NCBI GenBank assembly: GCA_009782915.1
Contig: WRIC01000003.1
Span: forward strand, 15,195-79,194
From: Propionibacteriaceae bacterium
GTDB lineage: Bacteria > Actinomycetota > Actinomycetes > Propionibacteriales > Propionibacteriaceae
Direction: 5' to 3'
DNA length: 64,000 bases
The notes beneath the pieces were generated by a model. That model was not told where the DNA came from and ran no database searches. It was given only the letters and a program-made list of their open reading frames with translations. A program made the translations under genes and the position numbers. This document shows, in pieces, positions 47,378-56,566 of this stretch (the first letter of the stretch is position 1; the number at the start of each line of letters is the position of its first letter).

Positions 47378-47492
47378 AAGGGGACGGGGCGTTTGTCACA
47401 TTCAGACAACAACTGTTGTTCTACCAGACGTGTTTCATCGTTTAGGGTAGTGACAGGGTGGAGAGAAATGTGACAAACGCCCCGTCCCCTTT
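47378..47492 (+). mobile_element. Family-C MITE-like element, copy B
   Basis: It has the same TIRs and core as copy A, with roughly three-quarters internal identity by eye. It begins immediately after the ATG of the ABC ATPase ORF. Confidence 0.8.
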
Positions 47493-47500
47493 GGGTAGGG

Positions 47501-47567
47501 TAGACAAACGCCCCGTCCCCTTTTAGCGTGACAAACGCCCCGTCCCCTTTTAGCGGGCGTTTGTCAC
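47501..47567. repeat. Three further Family-A half-units; the last contains the pepN stop codon
   Basis: TAGACAAACGCCCCGTCCCCTTTT, GTGACAAACGCCCCGTCCCCTTTT and GCGGGCGTTTGTCAC. Confidence 0.9.
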
Positions 47568-50179
47568 GCGCTGGTGTCGGCTTGGCGGGCTAGGCGAGCG
47601 CAGATGATCTCTTCGCGGTTGGCGAGGATGAGGCGGCGCAGAGCTGGGAGTCGTGCGCCCAGATCATCCAACCACTGATCGGTCACCTCAAGGACGTCGA
47701 TCTCAGTGTCGTCCAGGAGCTGCAAGGGATAGAGCATGTTCACGATGTTTTGGCGCATCTCGTTGGTCCGGGTTTCCCAGACCTGCTCAATGATCGAGAA
47801 ATACTCACCGACGAACTCTCTGAGCAATTCGGGTTTCATCTTCGTGGTCATCAAACCAGCAAGAACCCGGCGCTGGGTCGCATTAGAGATCGTGTCATCG
47901 AGAACACCGCGCCTCCAGGCAGCCCTCTTCGCCTCGGGTGTGGGAAGAGCAGCCTGTACCCCTTCGGCTCGTTCCCTGCCAGACAAAGTATTGTCGCGGG
48001 CAAGTTCCTCATCAATCGCTGAAGAGTCAAGCTGACCATTGGCCACCAGGTGGGTGAGCAGATCCCAACGAACCTCGGTGTCCACCACCAGGCCAGGAAT
48101 CACCTGACCACCCGAATAGACACCGGCGAGTTGATCCCACTGCGACTGGTTGGCTGCCAAAACAGCACCCGCCTTGAAGAACTGGAGTTGCTGATCTGAA
48201 CCTGGGGTCACCTGTTCAGCGAATTGCAGGAGCTGGTCAGCCACAGCAATTTGGGTGTTCACCCTCGCGTCCTTTGCCACATAGAGCCGTACGGCAGTAT
48301 GCAATCGGGTTAACGCAGACATCAGCGTCATCGAGTTCTTCTCCGAGGTCACAGCACTCAACGCGATGTTGATGTAGGTGCTGGGCGCCAGGTCACCATC
48401 ACGAACGCTATCCCACAGTGAACTCCAGATGAGCGCCCTGACCAGTGAGTCGTCGATCACAGGGAGAAGCTCCGGCAAGGCGGCACGACTAGTCTCATCG
48501 AGGCGTACCTTGGCGAAAGTCAGATCCAGGTCATTGATGAGCAGAAGATCAGGAACCTTCTTTCCTGACAGCTCCTCCACCTCACTCAGCGCACCATCGA
48601 TGATGGTCTCCACGCTCCAGAGCTGCACAACCCTGTCACCCACCCGGTCGTACCCGGCGATCTGAATCTTGTGCGGGCGAAGAGACGGGGTCACATTGAT
48701 CTCAGGAAGACCACGATGGGGGATCTCCTTGAACCGCGCATACACCGCAGCAGGCTCCTGAGCAATCGACACCCGGGTGTAGGTTCCATCGCTCACCTCT
48801 ATGATCGGGCTCAAGGTGGTCACCCCGGCCTCCTGCAGCCACACCCGTGACCACTGCTGCAAGTCCTGACCTGAAGTAGCCTCAATCTCAGCGAGAAAAT
48901 CAATCAGCGTGGCATTGGATTCAGCGTACTTGGTCAGATAGTTGTGCACACCAGCTAGGAAGGCGTCCTCCCCCACCCAGGCAACAAGTTGTTTGAGTAC
49001 GGAGGCACCCTTGGCGTAAGTGATCATATCGAAGTTGACCAGAACATCATCCAGGTCACGGATGTCAGCCATGATCGGATGGGTGGTGGGCAACTGATCT
49101 TGGGCGTACCCACGAAGTTTGCGGGTGGCATTGAAATCAGTCCAGCCATTCACCCACCGGGTGTTGTTGACCGATGCATAGTGGGCCATGAACTCAGCAA
49201 ATGACTCATTCAGCCACAGATCATCCCACCACACCATGGTGACCATGTCCCCAAACCACATGTGCGCCTGCTCGTGCAGGATCGTGTTCGCACGCGCAGC
49301 CAGATCAGCTTCGAGGGGTTTGGAACGGTGAATATAGTGATCCTCGGTGAGTGTCACAGCGCCAATATTCTCCATAGCCCCAAAGTTGTATTGGGGTACG
49401 AAAACCTGGTCGTACTTCTCGTAGGGGTAGGGAATCTTGAAAGACTTCTCGAAGAATTCAAACCCGCGACGCGTAATGTCAATGATATTGTCAGCGTCCA
49501 TGTGCTGGGCCATGGATTCACGCACATAAACCCCCAGAGGGATCGTACGCCCATCAGTGGACTGATAGGTGTCACTCCACTGGCGATAGGGCCCAGCAAT
49601 CACAGCTGCCAGATAGGTGGACATGATGGGGGTTTCATCAAAAGACCAACACAGAGAGCCTTGTTGCGTTGTTGTCGGATCGGGGGTCGGTTGGTTAGAG
49701 ATCACAATCCAGTCTGGGGGGGTCACCACACAGAAGGTGAAACGGGCTTTCATATCAGGCTGCTCGAAACAAGGAAAGATACGGCGAGCATCAGCAGTCT
49801 CACATTGGGAATACAGATAGGTCCGGCCATCAGCGGGGTCGACAAAACGATGGAGTCCTTCACCGGTGTGAGAGTATTCACCCTCAGCTTTGACGATCAG
49901 TTCATTGGTTGCACCCAAGTTGGACAGATGAATCCGAGAATCAGCAAACACCTCATCGACATCAAGCTCCTCCCCGTTGAGCTGGAGAAATGTCACCTTC
50001 TCAGAGATCAGATCCACGAAGGAAGAGGCCCCCGCCTCCACACAGGAAAACTTGATGGCCGTTGTGACGGCGAACCTTTCCTCCCCTGTGGTGAAATCCA
50101 GATCAACAAGGTAACTCTGGGCGGTAACCAACCCTGCCCGTTGTTGGGCTTCTTCCCTGGTGAGATTAGTTCCTGGCAT
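47564..50179 (-). CDS. pepN: Aminopeptidase N (M1 family)
   Basis: 871 aa with GAMEN and HEQAHMWFG...E (HExxH-18-E). Confidence 0.95.
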   Translation of the reverse strand: MPGTNLTREEAQQRAGLVTAQSYLVDLDFTTGEERFAVTTAIKFSCVEAGASSFVDLISEKVTFLQLNGEELDVDEVFADSRIHLSNLGATNELIVKAEGEYSHTGEGLHRFVDPADGRTYLYSQCETADARRIFPCFEQPDMKARFTFCVVTPPDWIVISNQPTPDPTTTQQGSLCWSFDETPIMSTYLAAVIAGPYRQWSDTYQSTDGRTIPLGVYVRESMAQHMDADNIIDITRRGFEFFEKSFKIPYPYEKYDQVFVPQYNFGAMENIGAVTLTEDHYIHRSKPLEADLAARANTILHEQAHMWFGDMVTMVWWDDLWLNESFAEFMAHYASVNNTRWVNGWTDFNATRKLRGYAQDQLPTTHPIMADIRDLDDVLVNFDMITYAKGASVLKQLVAWVGEDAFLAGVHNYLTKYAESNATLIDFLAEIEATSGQDLQQWSRVWLQEAGVTTLSPIIEVSDGTYTRVSIAQEPAAVYARFKEIPHRGLPEINVTPSLRPHKIQIAGYDRVGDRVVQLWSVETIIDGALSEVEELSGKKVPDLLLINDLDLTFAKVRLDETSRAALPELLPVIDDSLVRALIWSSLWDSVRDGDLAPSTYINIALSAVTSEKNSMTLMSALTRLHTAVRLYVAKDARVNTQIAVADQLLQFAEQVTPGSDQQLQFFKAGAVLAANQSQWDQLAGVYSGGQVIPGLVVDTEVRWDLLTHLVANGQLDSSAIDEELARDNTLSGRERAEGVQAALPTPEAKRAAWRRGVLDDTISNATQRRVLAGLMTTKMKPELLREFVGEYFSIIEQVWETRTNEMRQNIVNMLYPLQLLDDTEIDVLEVTDQWLDDLGARLPALRRLILANREEIICARLARQADTSA

Positions 50180-50320
50180 GATGAGTCCTTCCTCAATTGG
50201 CGAGTCGTCTCATTCTTCCAGACAATGACACCGTATGACAGTGGGTCAGTGGGGACAAGGCAGTGCAAACCGCTTCGAGTCACCACCGCGCAAGACCATC
50301 GTCCGCGGTAGACTTTCCTT

Positions 50321-51241
50321 ATGGAGACATCCCTGCGTCGCATGAGGAATATTACTCTGGACCCCCGCTCGGTTACTGAGCAGCCCCGAGGGAGGGTGCA
50401 GCGCCTGACGGTGGTGCCACGCGGGCTGGCTCCCGTGGATGCTCTGATTGCTCGGCCCGAGAAACCTGAGCGCCTCATCTTCCACTTCATCGGTTTCAAC
50501 CAAGCCATGGGCCCCTGGGAGGCTGCCAAGCTGGCCATGTGGGCATCTATTTCATCAGCCACCATCGTGACCTGCGAACTACCGGGGTTTTCTCGCTATG
50601 GGCAACCCTTGTCCACGAAGGTACGCCAGGACCTTCTCGATGGTGACCCCCAATCGTGGGGGGCGCTCACCTGGTCCTACCTCCAAGCAGCTGTCCGGGC
50701 TGGAGAAATCGACACCTTCGATTCTGTGGAGGTGTCTGGGGTTTCCACCGGCTGTTCCCTGGCGACCGCCGTGTTGCCCACCATCCAGTCCTCCCACGAT
50801 GTCATCGCCCTCACTCTCATGGAACCCATCACTTTGGCGATTCGAACCATTGGTCGTCTGGCCATCCACAACGCTTTCGATTGGGTACGCCTGATGCAGA
50901 ATGCTCCGCGAAACTACCCCAGCACCTGGGCCCGCCAAGCGAGCTATCGCCAATGGAGGGAACCTAATCTGCGCTATATTTTCCCGGATTTCCTCGCCTC
51001 GGTCACTATGCTCGCCGGCGACGACACTGGCGTACGCCTGGATGAGCTCACTCTCCCCACTACTCATCTGGCTCGTGGTGGGTTGTCGAAACTCTGCGCT
51101 GCCGAAGAGTTTTCTCGGCTCAATGAGAAACTGGCCGCTAAGAAAATCCAGGGAACCACGACAACGATTTCTGGGCTCGGGCATCAGTTCTGGCAATGCC
51201 TTCCTGGGATTGATGCCTTGGCCCGTTTGATCTATCAGTGA
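50321..51241 (+). CDS. Putative alpha/beta-fold hydrolase
   Basis: 306 aa with a possible nucleophile elbow GVSTG. I recognise no closer family. Confidence 0.45.
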   Translation: METSLRRMRNITLDPRSVTEQPRGRVQRLTVVPRGLAPVDALIARPEKPERLIFHFIGFNQAMGPWEAAKLAMWASISSATIVTCELPGFSRYGQPLSTKVRQDLLDGDPQSWGALTWSYLQAAVRAGEIDTFDSVEVSGVSTGCSLATAVLPTIQSSHDVIALTLMEPITLAIRTIGRLAIHNAFDWVRLMQNAPRNYPSTWARQASYRQWREPNLRYIFPDFLASVTMLAGDDTGVRLDELTLPTTHLARGGLSKLCAAEEFSRLNEKLAAKKIQGTTTTISGLGHQFWQCLPGIDALARLIYQ

Positions 51242-51244
51242 GAA

Positions 51245-52642
51245 TCAGGATTGCTCTTCGTTGAAGACATGCCCTGATCCATGGAACCGTGAATCGGGAT
51301 CATCCCTGAACCTGGACATCTGGCCTTCGAAGATAACGTGCACCGTATCTGTTGGTCCATTCCTGTGCTTAGCCACGATCAGATCAGCCTCACCCGGTTC
51401 GATGGTTTTGTCGTAATAGTCGGCACGATGCAACAGGATCACCATGTCTGCATCCTGTTCCAGGGAGCCTGATTCACGCAGATCAGACAGTAGTGGTTTC
51501 TTGTCGGCGCGGTTTTCTGTTCCACGATTCAACTGGGAGATCGCCACCACAGGAATATCTAACTCTTTGGCCATCAACTTGATTTGGCGTGAAAACTCCG
51601 ACACCTCCAGCTGGCGGGACTCAACCTTGCGCCCAGAGGTCATGAGCTGAATATAGTCAATGACAATGAGTTTCAGGTCGTGATGTTGTTTCAGCCGGCG
51701 AGCCTTGGCGCGTATCTCCAACATGGTCAGGTTGGGGGAATCGTCAATATACAGTGGCGCCGAAGAGATCTGTGTGGTGACTGCGCTGAGGTTATCCCAA
51801 TAGTCTTCGAGTTTGCCGGTACGAATGTTTTTCAATGGTACGGAGGCCTCAGCGGACAGCAATCGCATCATGATCTCTTGTGCACTCATTTCTAGAGAAA
51901 ACACAGCTGTGGTCATCATGTTTCGTACCGCAGCACTGCGAGCAATATCCAAGGCAAGAGTTGATTTACCAATCGAGGGGCGAGCAGCAACAATGATCAT
52001 CTGCCCAGGATGCAAACCATTGGTGAGGGAGTCGAGTTGGGTGAAACCTGTGGGCACCCCGTGCAACCGCCCACCATGAGCTGCCAAGGCATCCATCTCA
52101 TCCCAGGTGTCTTGCAGTAGTTCCGACACCCGCTGGTAGTCCTCCCCTGAAACACCATCAGAGATCTCGTACATCGTCTGTTGTGCCTTATCAACAATGT
52201 CATCAACCTCGCCCTGCCCGGCGTACCCTAATTGCGCGATGCGAATAGATGCCTCCACCAATCGGCGGAGAATGGCCTTCTCGCGTACGATCTCGGCATA
52301 GTATTCACCATTAGCCGCAATTGATACTGCCCCATACAGATCAGAGATGTAGGGATATCCACCAGCGCGAGCAATGGCGCCACGTTTGTTCAGATCCTCG
52401 GCAACAGTGATAGCATCGGCAGGTATTCCCTGGGAGTAAAGACTGAGAATTGTGTCAAAAATGAGTTCATGGGCGGGTTTGTAGAAGTCGCGACTTTTCA
52501 CGATGCTCATCACATTGGCGATAGCATCCTTGCTCATGAGCATGGCCCCTAAAACAGATTGCTCCGCTGCGATGTCTTGTGGTGGTGTTCGATCCGGGGT
52601 CTCGACAGCAGCAAATGGTATCTCTTGAGTGATAGTCATCAT
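51245..52642 (-). CDS. dnaB: Replicative DNA helicase DnaB (no intein)
   Basis: N-terminal PPQDIAAEQSVLGAML, Walker A ARPSIGKST, and RecA-like C-terminal motifs. I chose the start at the ATG at 52640-52642 with an AAAGGA RBS. The track ORF extends to 52738. Confidence 0.9.
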   Translation of the reverse strand: MMTITQEIPFAAVETPDRTPPQDIAAEQSVLGAMLMSKDAIANVMSIVKSRDFYKPAHELIFDTILSLYSQGIPADAITVAEDLNKRGAIARAGGYPYISDLYGAVSIAANGEYYAEIVREKAILRRLVEASIRIAQLGYAGQGEVDDIVDKAQQTMYEISDGVSGEDYQRVSELLQDTWDEMDALAAHGGRLHGVPTGFTQLDSLTNGLHPGQMIIVAARPSIGKSTLALDIARSAAVRNMMTTAVFSLEMSAQEIMMRLLSAEASVPLKNIRTGKLEDYWDNLSAVTTQISSAPLYIDDSPNLTMLEIRAKARRLKQHHDLKLIVIDYIQLMTSGRKVESRQLEVSEFSRQIKLMAKELDIPVVAISQLNRGTENRADKKPLLSDLRESGSLEQDADMVILLHRADYYDKTIEPGEADLIVAKHRNGPTDTVHVIFEGQMSRFRDDPDSRFHGSGHVFNEEQS

Positions 52643-52802
52643 CGTCCTTTCCTGCTGATCTCGACCAGGGACTTTCGTCGAGTAGCTGGTACTACTCTGG
52701 CCGAAGGGTCTGACATTTCTTGGATCGGCGTGTCGCATCCTTGGATCGTCCCTGTGGGAATGGCCTCGAAACTACTCCCAGTTAGATTCATCTCCTAACC
52801 AT

Positions 52803-53090
52803 TAATCCACACCGCCTTGTGGGTAGATGTGGATGAATCCATCTCTGAGCGCGAAGTTATCCACAGGACCCTGTGGATGATTCCTTTTCTTTGGTGGAAA
52901 ACTTCCGCGACATGCCGTCGCACTTGGGGAAATGCTCTCGCCAGGAAAAAATCTTGGATTTTTACGCCTGATTCCACCATGTGGATCACGTGGACAACCC
53001 AGGGGCCCACCTGATAATTACATCACCGCGGAGACTCGCCCCAGGATTGCGACTGCATGGGGATTCCTTATTATCCACAGGTTATCCACA
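52803..53090. promoter_or_regulatory. Cluster of DnaA boxes: 3 perfect TTATCCACA plus at least 5 one-mismatch boxes
   Basis: Perfect boxes lie at 52857-52865, 53071-53079 and 53082-53090. One-mismatch boxes are TAATCCACA (52803-52811), TGTGGATGA (52828-52836 and 52872-52880), TGTGGATCA (52980-52988) and CGTGGACAA (52989-52997). An A/T-rich stretch lies at 52944-52965. Confidence 0.7.
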
Positions 53091-53238
53091 AAGACAAAAT
53101 CGTCGCCTTGACTGTTTCCCCTTGCTACAAAAGACTATGTCACCTGGCGGGACTACCTCAGGCTACCTTTTTCTGTGGTTGATTCCCCGGTTTTCCCCCG
53201 TTGAGCAGTACGATGGGTTGTCTACCTAGGAGATAATC

Positions 53239-53451
53239 ATGGAGACTAGCTACCTCGTTGGGGGAATGAGTTGTGAGAATTGTGTGAAGCATGTTCTTCA
53301 GGAGGTACGCCAGGTTGTTGGTGTCACTGACGGGAGTCTCGACTTGAGTGGTCGCCTTGTCCTCATCTCTGAGCAGGTTCTCGATTTTTCCTTGGTGTCA
53401 GCGGCAGTTGCCGAGGCAGGTCATTACACGCTCACTGCTGAAGCCGAGTGA
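53239..53451 (+). CDS. copZ: Heavy-metal-associated (HMA) domain protein, CopZ-like metallochaperone
   Basis: 70 aa with the GMSCENC metal-binding motif. Confidence 0.8.
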   Translation: METSYLVGGMSCENCVKHVLQEVRQVVGVTDGSLDLSGRLVLISEQVLDFSLVSAAVAEAGHYTLTAEAE

Positions 53452-53468
53452 GGACCACCCGACAGTTT

Positions 53469-53493
53469 CCTGAGAGTTTCTCAGGTTTCTCTT
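53469..53493 (+). terminator. Hairpin CCTGAGA-GTT-TCTCAGG followed by TTTCTCTT
   Basis: By direct reading it begins 18 nt after the copZ-like stop. Confidence 0.5.
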
Positions 53494-53520
53494 GGATTTC
53501 TTGAGACTATCCGATAGAAT
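53492..53520 (+). promoter_or_regulatory. Putative sigma-70-type promoter TTGGAT-17 nt-TAGAAT for the transglycosylase gene
   Basis: Hexamers and spacing were read directly. An AAGGAG RBS at 53541-53546 precedes the GTG at 53554. Confidence 0.45.
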
Positions 53521-53553
53521 AACAACTCAACACTCTTCCCAAGGAGAACGTCT

Positions 53554-54723
53554 GTGGCCATCCTCAAGCCCTCCTTCGTCAGACCCATCGTCTTGACGCT
53601 CGTCGGCGTACTGATGATCAACCTCATTGGTTTCGGGCTCCATCTCGCCCTAGGCAAACCAGTCACCCTCATCATTGATGGTGAAACAACCACCACACGA
53701 CTTGTCTCCGGGAATGTTGGAGTAGTCTTCCTCAAAAACGACATCACCCTCCAACCAGGTGACCTCGTCTCCCATGACATCACCGAAACAGTCACCACCG
53801 ACATGGTCATCACCATCGAGTATTCCCGCCCCATCGACCTGACACTCAACGGTCAACGCGGGACCTACTGGACCAACTCTGCGAGCGTCAACTCACTCAT
53901 CGACGACCTTGGGTTAGCGGAAGCATCGATCAAAGTCTCCCCCAACCGTCAAGCACAGATACCCCGCGAAGGGATGGCTGTGACCATTGAAACCGGTCAC
54001 GACATTGTCTTAACCGCTGACGGCACCACACAGACAGTACATGGGTACGGCACGGTGCGTACCGCCCTCAATGATTTGGGCATCATCTGGGGCGAGGATG
54101 ACATCATCACCCCAGACCCGAGCTCCATGCTGGCCGATGAGCTGGCGGTGACCATCATTCGAGTACGCCACGAAACAATCACCCGCCAAGCACCCATCCC
54201 CTTCGAGATCAACAACACCAAAGACCCCGCCCAACCCCTCGGCAAAGTGTCAGTGAGCATCCCCGGAGTCAATGGGCTCAAAGACCAAACAGTGGTCGTC
54301 ACCTTCCACGATGGTGAAGTCTTCGTTGAAAAAGTAATCGCCGAAGAAGTGCTCACCGAACCAGTCACCCAGGTGCAAACCACCGGTTCGAAACCCCCCG
54401 ATGTGTTGGCCAATGTTTCCCCAGGTTCTGCCCAAGCCATCGCGTACGACATGGTCAAAGCCCGTGGCTGGAGTGACGCCGAGTTCCAATGCCTGGTCAA
54501 CCTGTGGCAGCGAGAATCAGGGTGGCGTACCACCGCAGGCAACAAGAAGTCTGGCGCCTACGGTATCCCCCAAGCCCTACCAGGTTCCAAGATGGCCTCA
54601 GCTGGACCCGACTGGCAGACCAACCCTGCCACACAAATCAAGTGGGGTCTAGGCTACATTTCCAAGAGGTACGGAACCCCCTGTGGCGCCTGGAATTCAT
54701 TCCTGGCCAAGGGATGGTACTAA
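53554..54723 (+). CDS. Cell-wall lytic transglycosylase with RpfB-like architecture (N-terminal TM, DUF348 repeats, G5 domain, C-terminal lysozyme-like domain)
   Basis: 389 aa. The C-terminus reads WQRESGWRTTAGNKKSGAYGIPQALPGSKM...GWY. The repeated upstream beta-rich modules are typical of DUF348/G5 proteins. Confidence 0.75.
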   Translation: MAILKPSFVRPIVLTLVGVLMINLIGFGLHLALGKPVTLIIDGETTTTRLVSGNVGVVFLKNDITLQPGDLVSHDITETVTTDMVITIEYSRPIDLTLNGQRGTYWTNSASVNSLIDDLGLAEASIKVSPNRQAQIPREGMAVTIETGHDIVLTADGTTQTVHGYGTVRTALNDLGIIWGEDDIITPDPSSMLADELAVTIIRVRHETITRQAPIPFEINNTKDPAQPLGKVSVSIPGVNGLKDQTVVVTFHDGEVFVEKVIAEEVLTEPVTQVQTTGSKPPDVLANVSPGSAQAIAYDMVKARGWSDAEFQCLVNLWQRESGWRTTAGNKKSGAYGIPQALPGSKMASAGPDWQTNPATQIKWGLGYISKRYGTPCGAWNSFLAKGWY

Positions 54724-54853
54724 GCACTCAACAAGGAAACGCCTTCCCCCGCGTCGATTTCTCGACTAAACTGAGTTTGTCCATCTGCGCGGAACAAACG
54801 CAGATAGTGACGGTTGGTCTACCCCCAATGAACTGCCAACCACTGAGAGGAAC

Positions 54854-55117
54854 GTGGAGATTATTATGGAAACAAGCGATGGAAAGGTCGTGTTGTCAGT
54901 CACTGAAAAGAACCGCCTTCGAGGCCAAAAAGCTCTCAAAGGTTCGACTGTGCTCCAAAATATTCAGAATTTGAAAAAGACGGCTACCGCAGCCCAACAA
55001 GAACTCGATGAGGCTGTTGCACAGGCACGCGCCGAAGGATACTCCTGGGTTGCCATTGCCGCTGGTCTTGGGGTCTCCCCCCAAGGTGCTCGACAAAAAT
55101 ACCTGCGCCTAGGCTGA
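54854..55117 (+). CDS. Small hypothetical protein with a probable C-terminal helix-turn-helix
   Basis: 87 aa. The C-terminal segment GYSWVAIAAGLGVSPQGARQKYLRL resembles HTH segments. The start could instead be the ATG at 54866. Confidence 0.4.
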   Translation: MEIIMETSDGKVVLSVTEKNRLRGQKALKGSTVLQNIQNLKKTATAAQQELDEAVAQARAEGYSWVAIAAGLGVSPQGARQKYLRLG

Positions 55118-55166
55118 TAGGGCAAGGATCGCTCGCCACCATCGACCATGATGAGGTCATCGCGGA

Positions 55167-55760
55167 CTAGAAGACTGCGATGTTCTTGATCATGTCCAAA
55201 CAGTCGTCGAAGTCCGCCTGTGGTGGCTCCAGGCGAGTGAAACAGAGGATGTCATAGGTCCAATCCCCGTTCGCCATCACCGCCATGAGACCATGGGGGG
55301 CAGCAGCATTGGGCGACGACATATCAAAGGTAAACCCGTATCCGGAATGGTTTTTTCCCACGATTTCCATCGTTTCACCCAGGGTCGTCTCGGGTTGGCC
55401 ACCGATACCGGGTCGCAGTTCGGAATCAACATAGTCTTTGACGCTCCACTGCGTACCATTTTGTTTATTCACTTCAGCGATATTCCAGACATTCAACAAA
55501 ATCTTGCCTGTCTTTGACTCATAATCGAAAGCATCCTCAGCTCCAGCATTGGCCGGAGCGCTCCAACCCTCAACAGGAATGAGTACGGCATTGGATCCTT
55601 TCATGGGATCATCGTTGGTGGGCTCATTATCGGGAAGATCCGTGGGCATCCCAGTGATCGGCGCTGGAGGTGGTGTCGGGTCAATGGGTTCGGCGCACCC
55701 CACCAGAGCAATAGCCAGCCCCACAGCAATACCTGCGCCAAGAATACGTCGTACCGACAT
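55167..55760 (-). CDS. Lipoprotein, function unknown
   Basis: Signal peptide with lipobox LVGC (MSVRRILGAGIAVGLAIALVGCAEP). Confidence 0.65.
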   Translation of the reverse strand: MSVRRILGAGIAVGLAIALVGCAEPIDPTPPPAPITGMPTDLPDNEPTNDDPMKGSNAVLIPVEGWSAPANAGAEDAFDYESKTGKILLNVWNIAEVNKQNGTQWSVKDYVDSELRPGIGGQPETTLGETMEIVGKNHSGYGFTFDMSSPNAAAPHGLMAVMANGDWTYDILCFTRLEPPQADFDDCLDMIKNIAVF

Positions 55761-55788
55761 AAGAATCTCCTTTGTTGCCCCGCCAGGG

Positions 55789-55861
55789 AGCCGCCTTGCG
55801 GAATCGAACCGCAGACCTGCTCATTACGAGTGAGCCGCTCTACCGACTGAGCTAAGGCGGC
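55789..55861 (-). tRNA. tRNA-Thr (anticodon CGT), CCA not encoded
   Basis: I folded the cloverleaf manually. Acceptor stem GCCGCCT/AGGCGGC, D stem GCTC/GAGC, anticodon stem GCTCA/TGAGC with loop CTCGTAA, T stem TGCGG/CCGCA with TTCGATT. It is 73 nt with discriminator T. Confidence 0.9.
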
Positions 55862-55935
55862 GTACCTATGAAAAGTAACCTCATTAACTATACCGGTTAG
55901 TCCAATTCTTGCGGAAATAGCCGACCAGCCGCAGC

Positions 55936-55980
55936 GTGACAGTTCATACCGTCCCCCTGTCACATACCATTTGTCACACA
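55936..55980. repeat. Family-A hairpin GTGACAGTTCATACCGTCCCCCTGTCAC plus a half-unit
   Basis: It is identical to the unit at 3495-3522. Confidence 0.9.
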
Positions 55981-56046
55981 CTGCAATTTTTCATAATAAA
56001 CTCCCTGGGGTTCATGGTCGCGGTGGATGTCTCGTAGGATCAAAGG

Positions 56047-56547
56047 GTGATGGATTGGATCAACTCTCAGCCGTTTGTGATTGCTGCGTTGTTTTTGACT
56101 GCAGTTGCTGCGGTACGATCCCAACTCACGTATCTGCTTGGCCGAGGGATCCGCGCTGGTGTGGTCCGAGTAGCATGGGCCACCACCATGGCCCAAGACA
56201 AGCAACCCAAGGCCGTTGCATCCCTGCAAAAATGGGGGTGGCCACTGATCCCACTGAGCTTCCTCACTGTCGGATTCCAAACCGCCGTACAACTCACTGC
56301 AGGACTCGTCGGATGGCGCTACCTGCCGTACACCCTTGCCTCAATACCCGGATGGATACTCTGGGGAGTTGTCTATGCCGCTGGTGGGCTTGCCGCCTTC
56401 GCTGGAATCCTCGCCCTGTGGCACCAATCGTGGTGGCTCGTCCTCCTAGCCATCGTGGTTGTCACAGGAATCATCATCACCATCGTGAAGGTGAGAAATA
56501 GAGTCAGGTATGCATCTACCGATGTTGCACCAGTGAAAGTGTCCTGA
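56047..56547 (+). CDS. Small polytopic membrane protein (DedA/VTT-like, tentative)
   Basis: 166 aa with 4-5 hydrophobic segments. The family assignment is weak. Confidence 0.5.
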   Translation: MMDWINSQPFVIAALFLTAVAAVRSQLTYLLGRGIRAGVVRVAWATTMAQDKQPKAVASLQKWGWPLIPLSFLTVGFQTAVQLTAGLVGWRYLPYTLASIPGWILWGVVYAAGGLAAFAGILALWHQSWWLVLLAIVVVTGIIITIVKVRNRVRYASTDVAPVKVS

Positions 56548-56566
56548 ACTCAGTCACCCCAACCCC

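Noticed and set aside
47471-47567. CRISPR-like appearance of closely spaced 22-nt direct repeats. The same pattern appears at 36737-36795, 27866-27909 and 17119-17172.
   Set aside because: There are only 2-3 units per site and the spacers are 8-13 nt, far too short. The repeat is the dispersed Family-A motif, and no cas genes are present.
49262-50311. 349-aa ORF on the plus strand opposite pepN. Similar antisense ORFs occur at 36845..37741 opposite cbiM, at 26071..26856 opposite the large secreted protein, at 1889..2824 opposite a CPBP gene, and at 50579..51196 opposite the hydrolase.
   Set aside because: In each case the opposite strand carries a strongly motif-supported gene. The antisense ORFs have no motifs and have Arg/Pro/Gly-rich composition.
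52803-53090. Calling the DnaA-box cluster the chromosomal origin (oriC)
   Set aside because: No dnaA, dnaN or rpmH is adjacent, there is no clear 13-mer-type unwinding element, and I cannot compute GC skew. It is reported as a DnaA-box cluster only.
53452-53553. Possible cyclic-di-AMP (ydaO-type) riboswitch upstream of the Rpf-like transglycosylase, as found before rpf genes in other actinobacteria
   Set aside because: The leader is only about 100 nt, most of it taken up by a terminator and a promoter. I could not find the conserved ydaO core motifs.
55789-56046. tRNA-Thr as an integration site for a genomic island. A lipoprotein and a small HTH gene lie on one side, and an A/T-richer spacer lies on the other.
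   Set aside because: No integrase is present and I could find no direct repeat of the tRNA 3' end. The flanking genes look like ordinary chromosomal genes.
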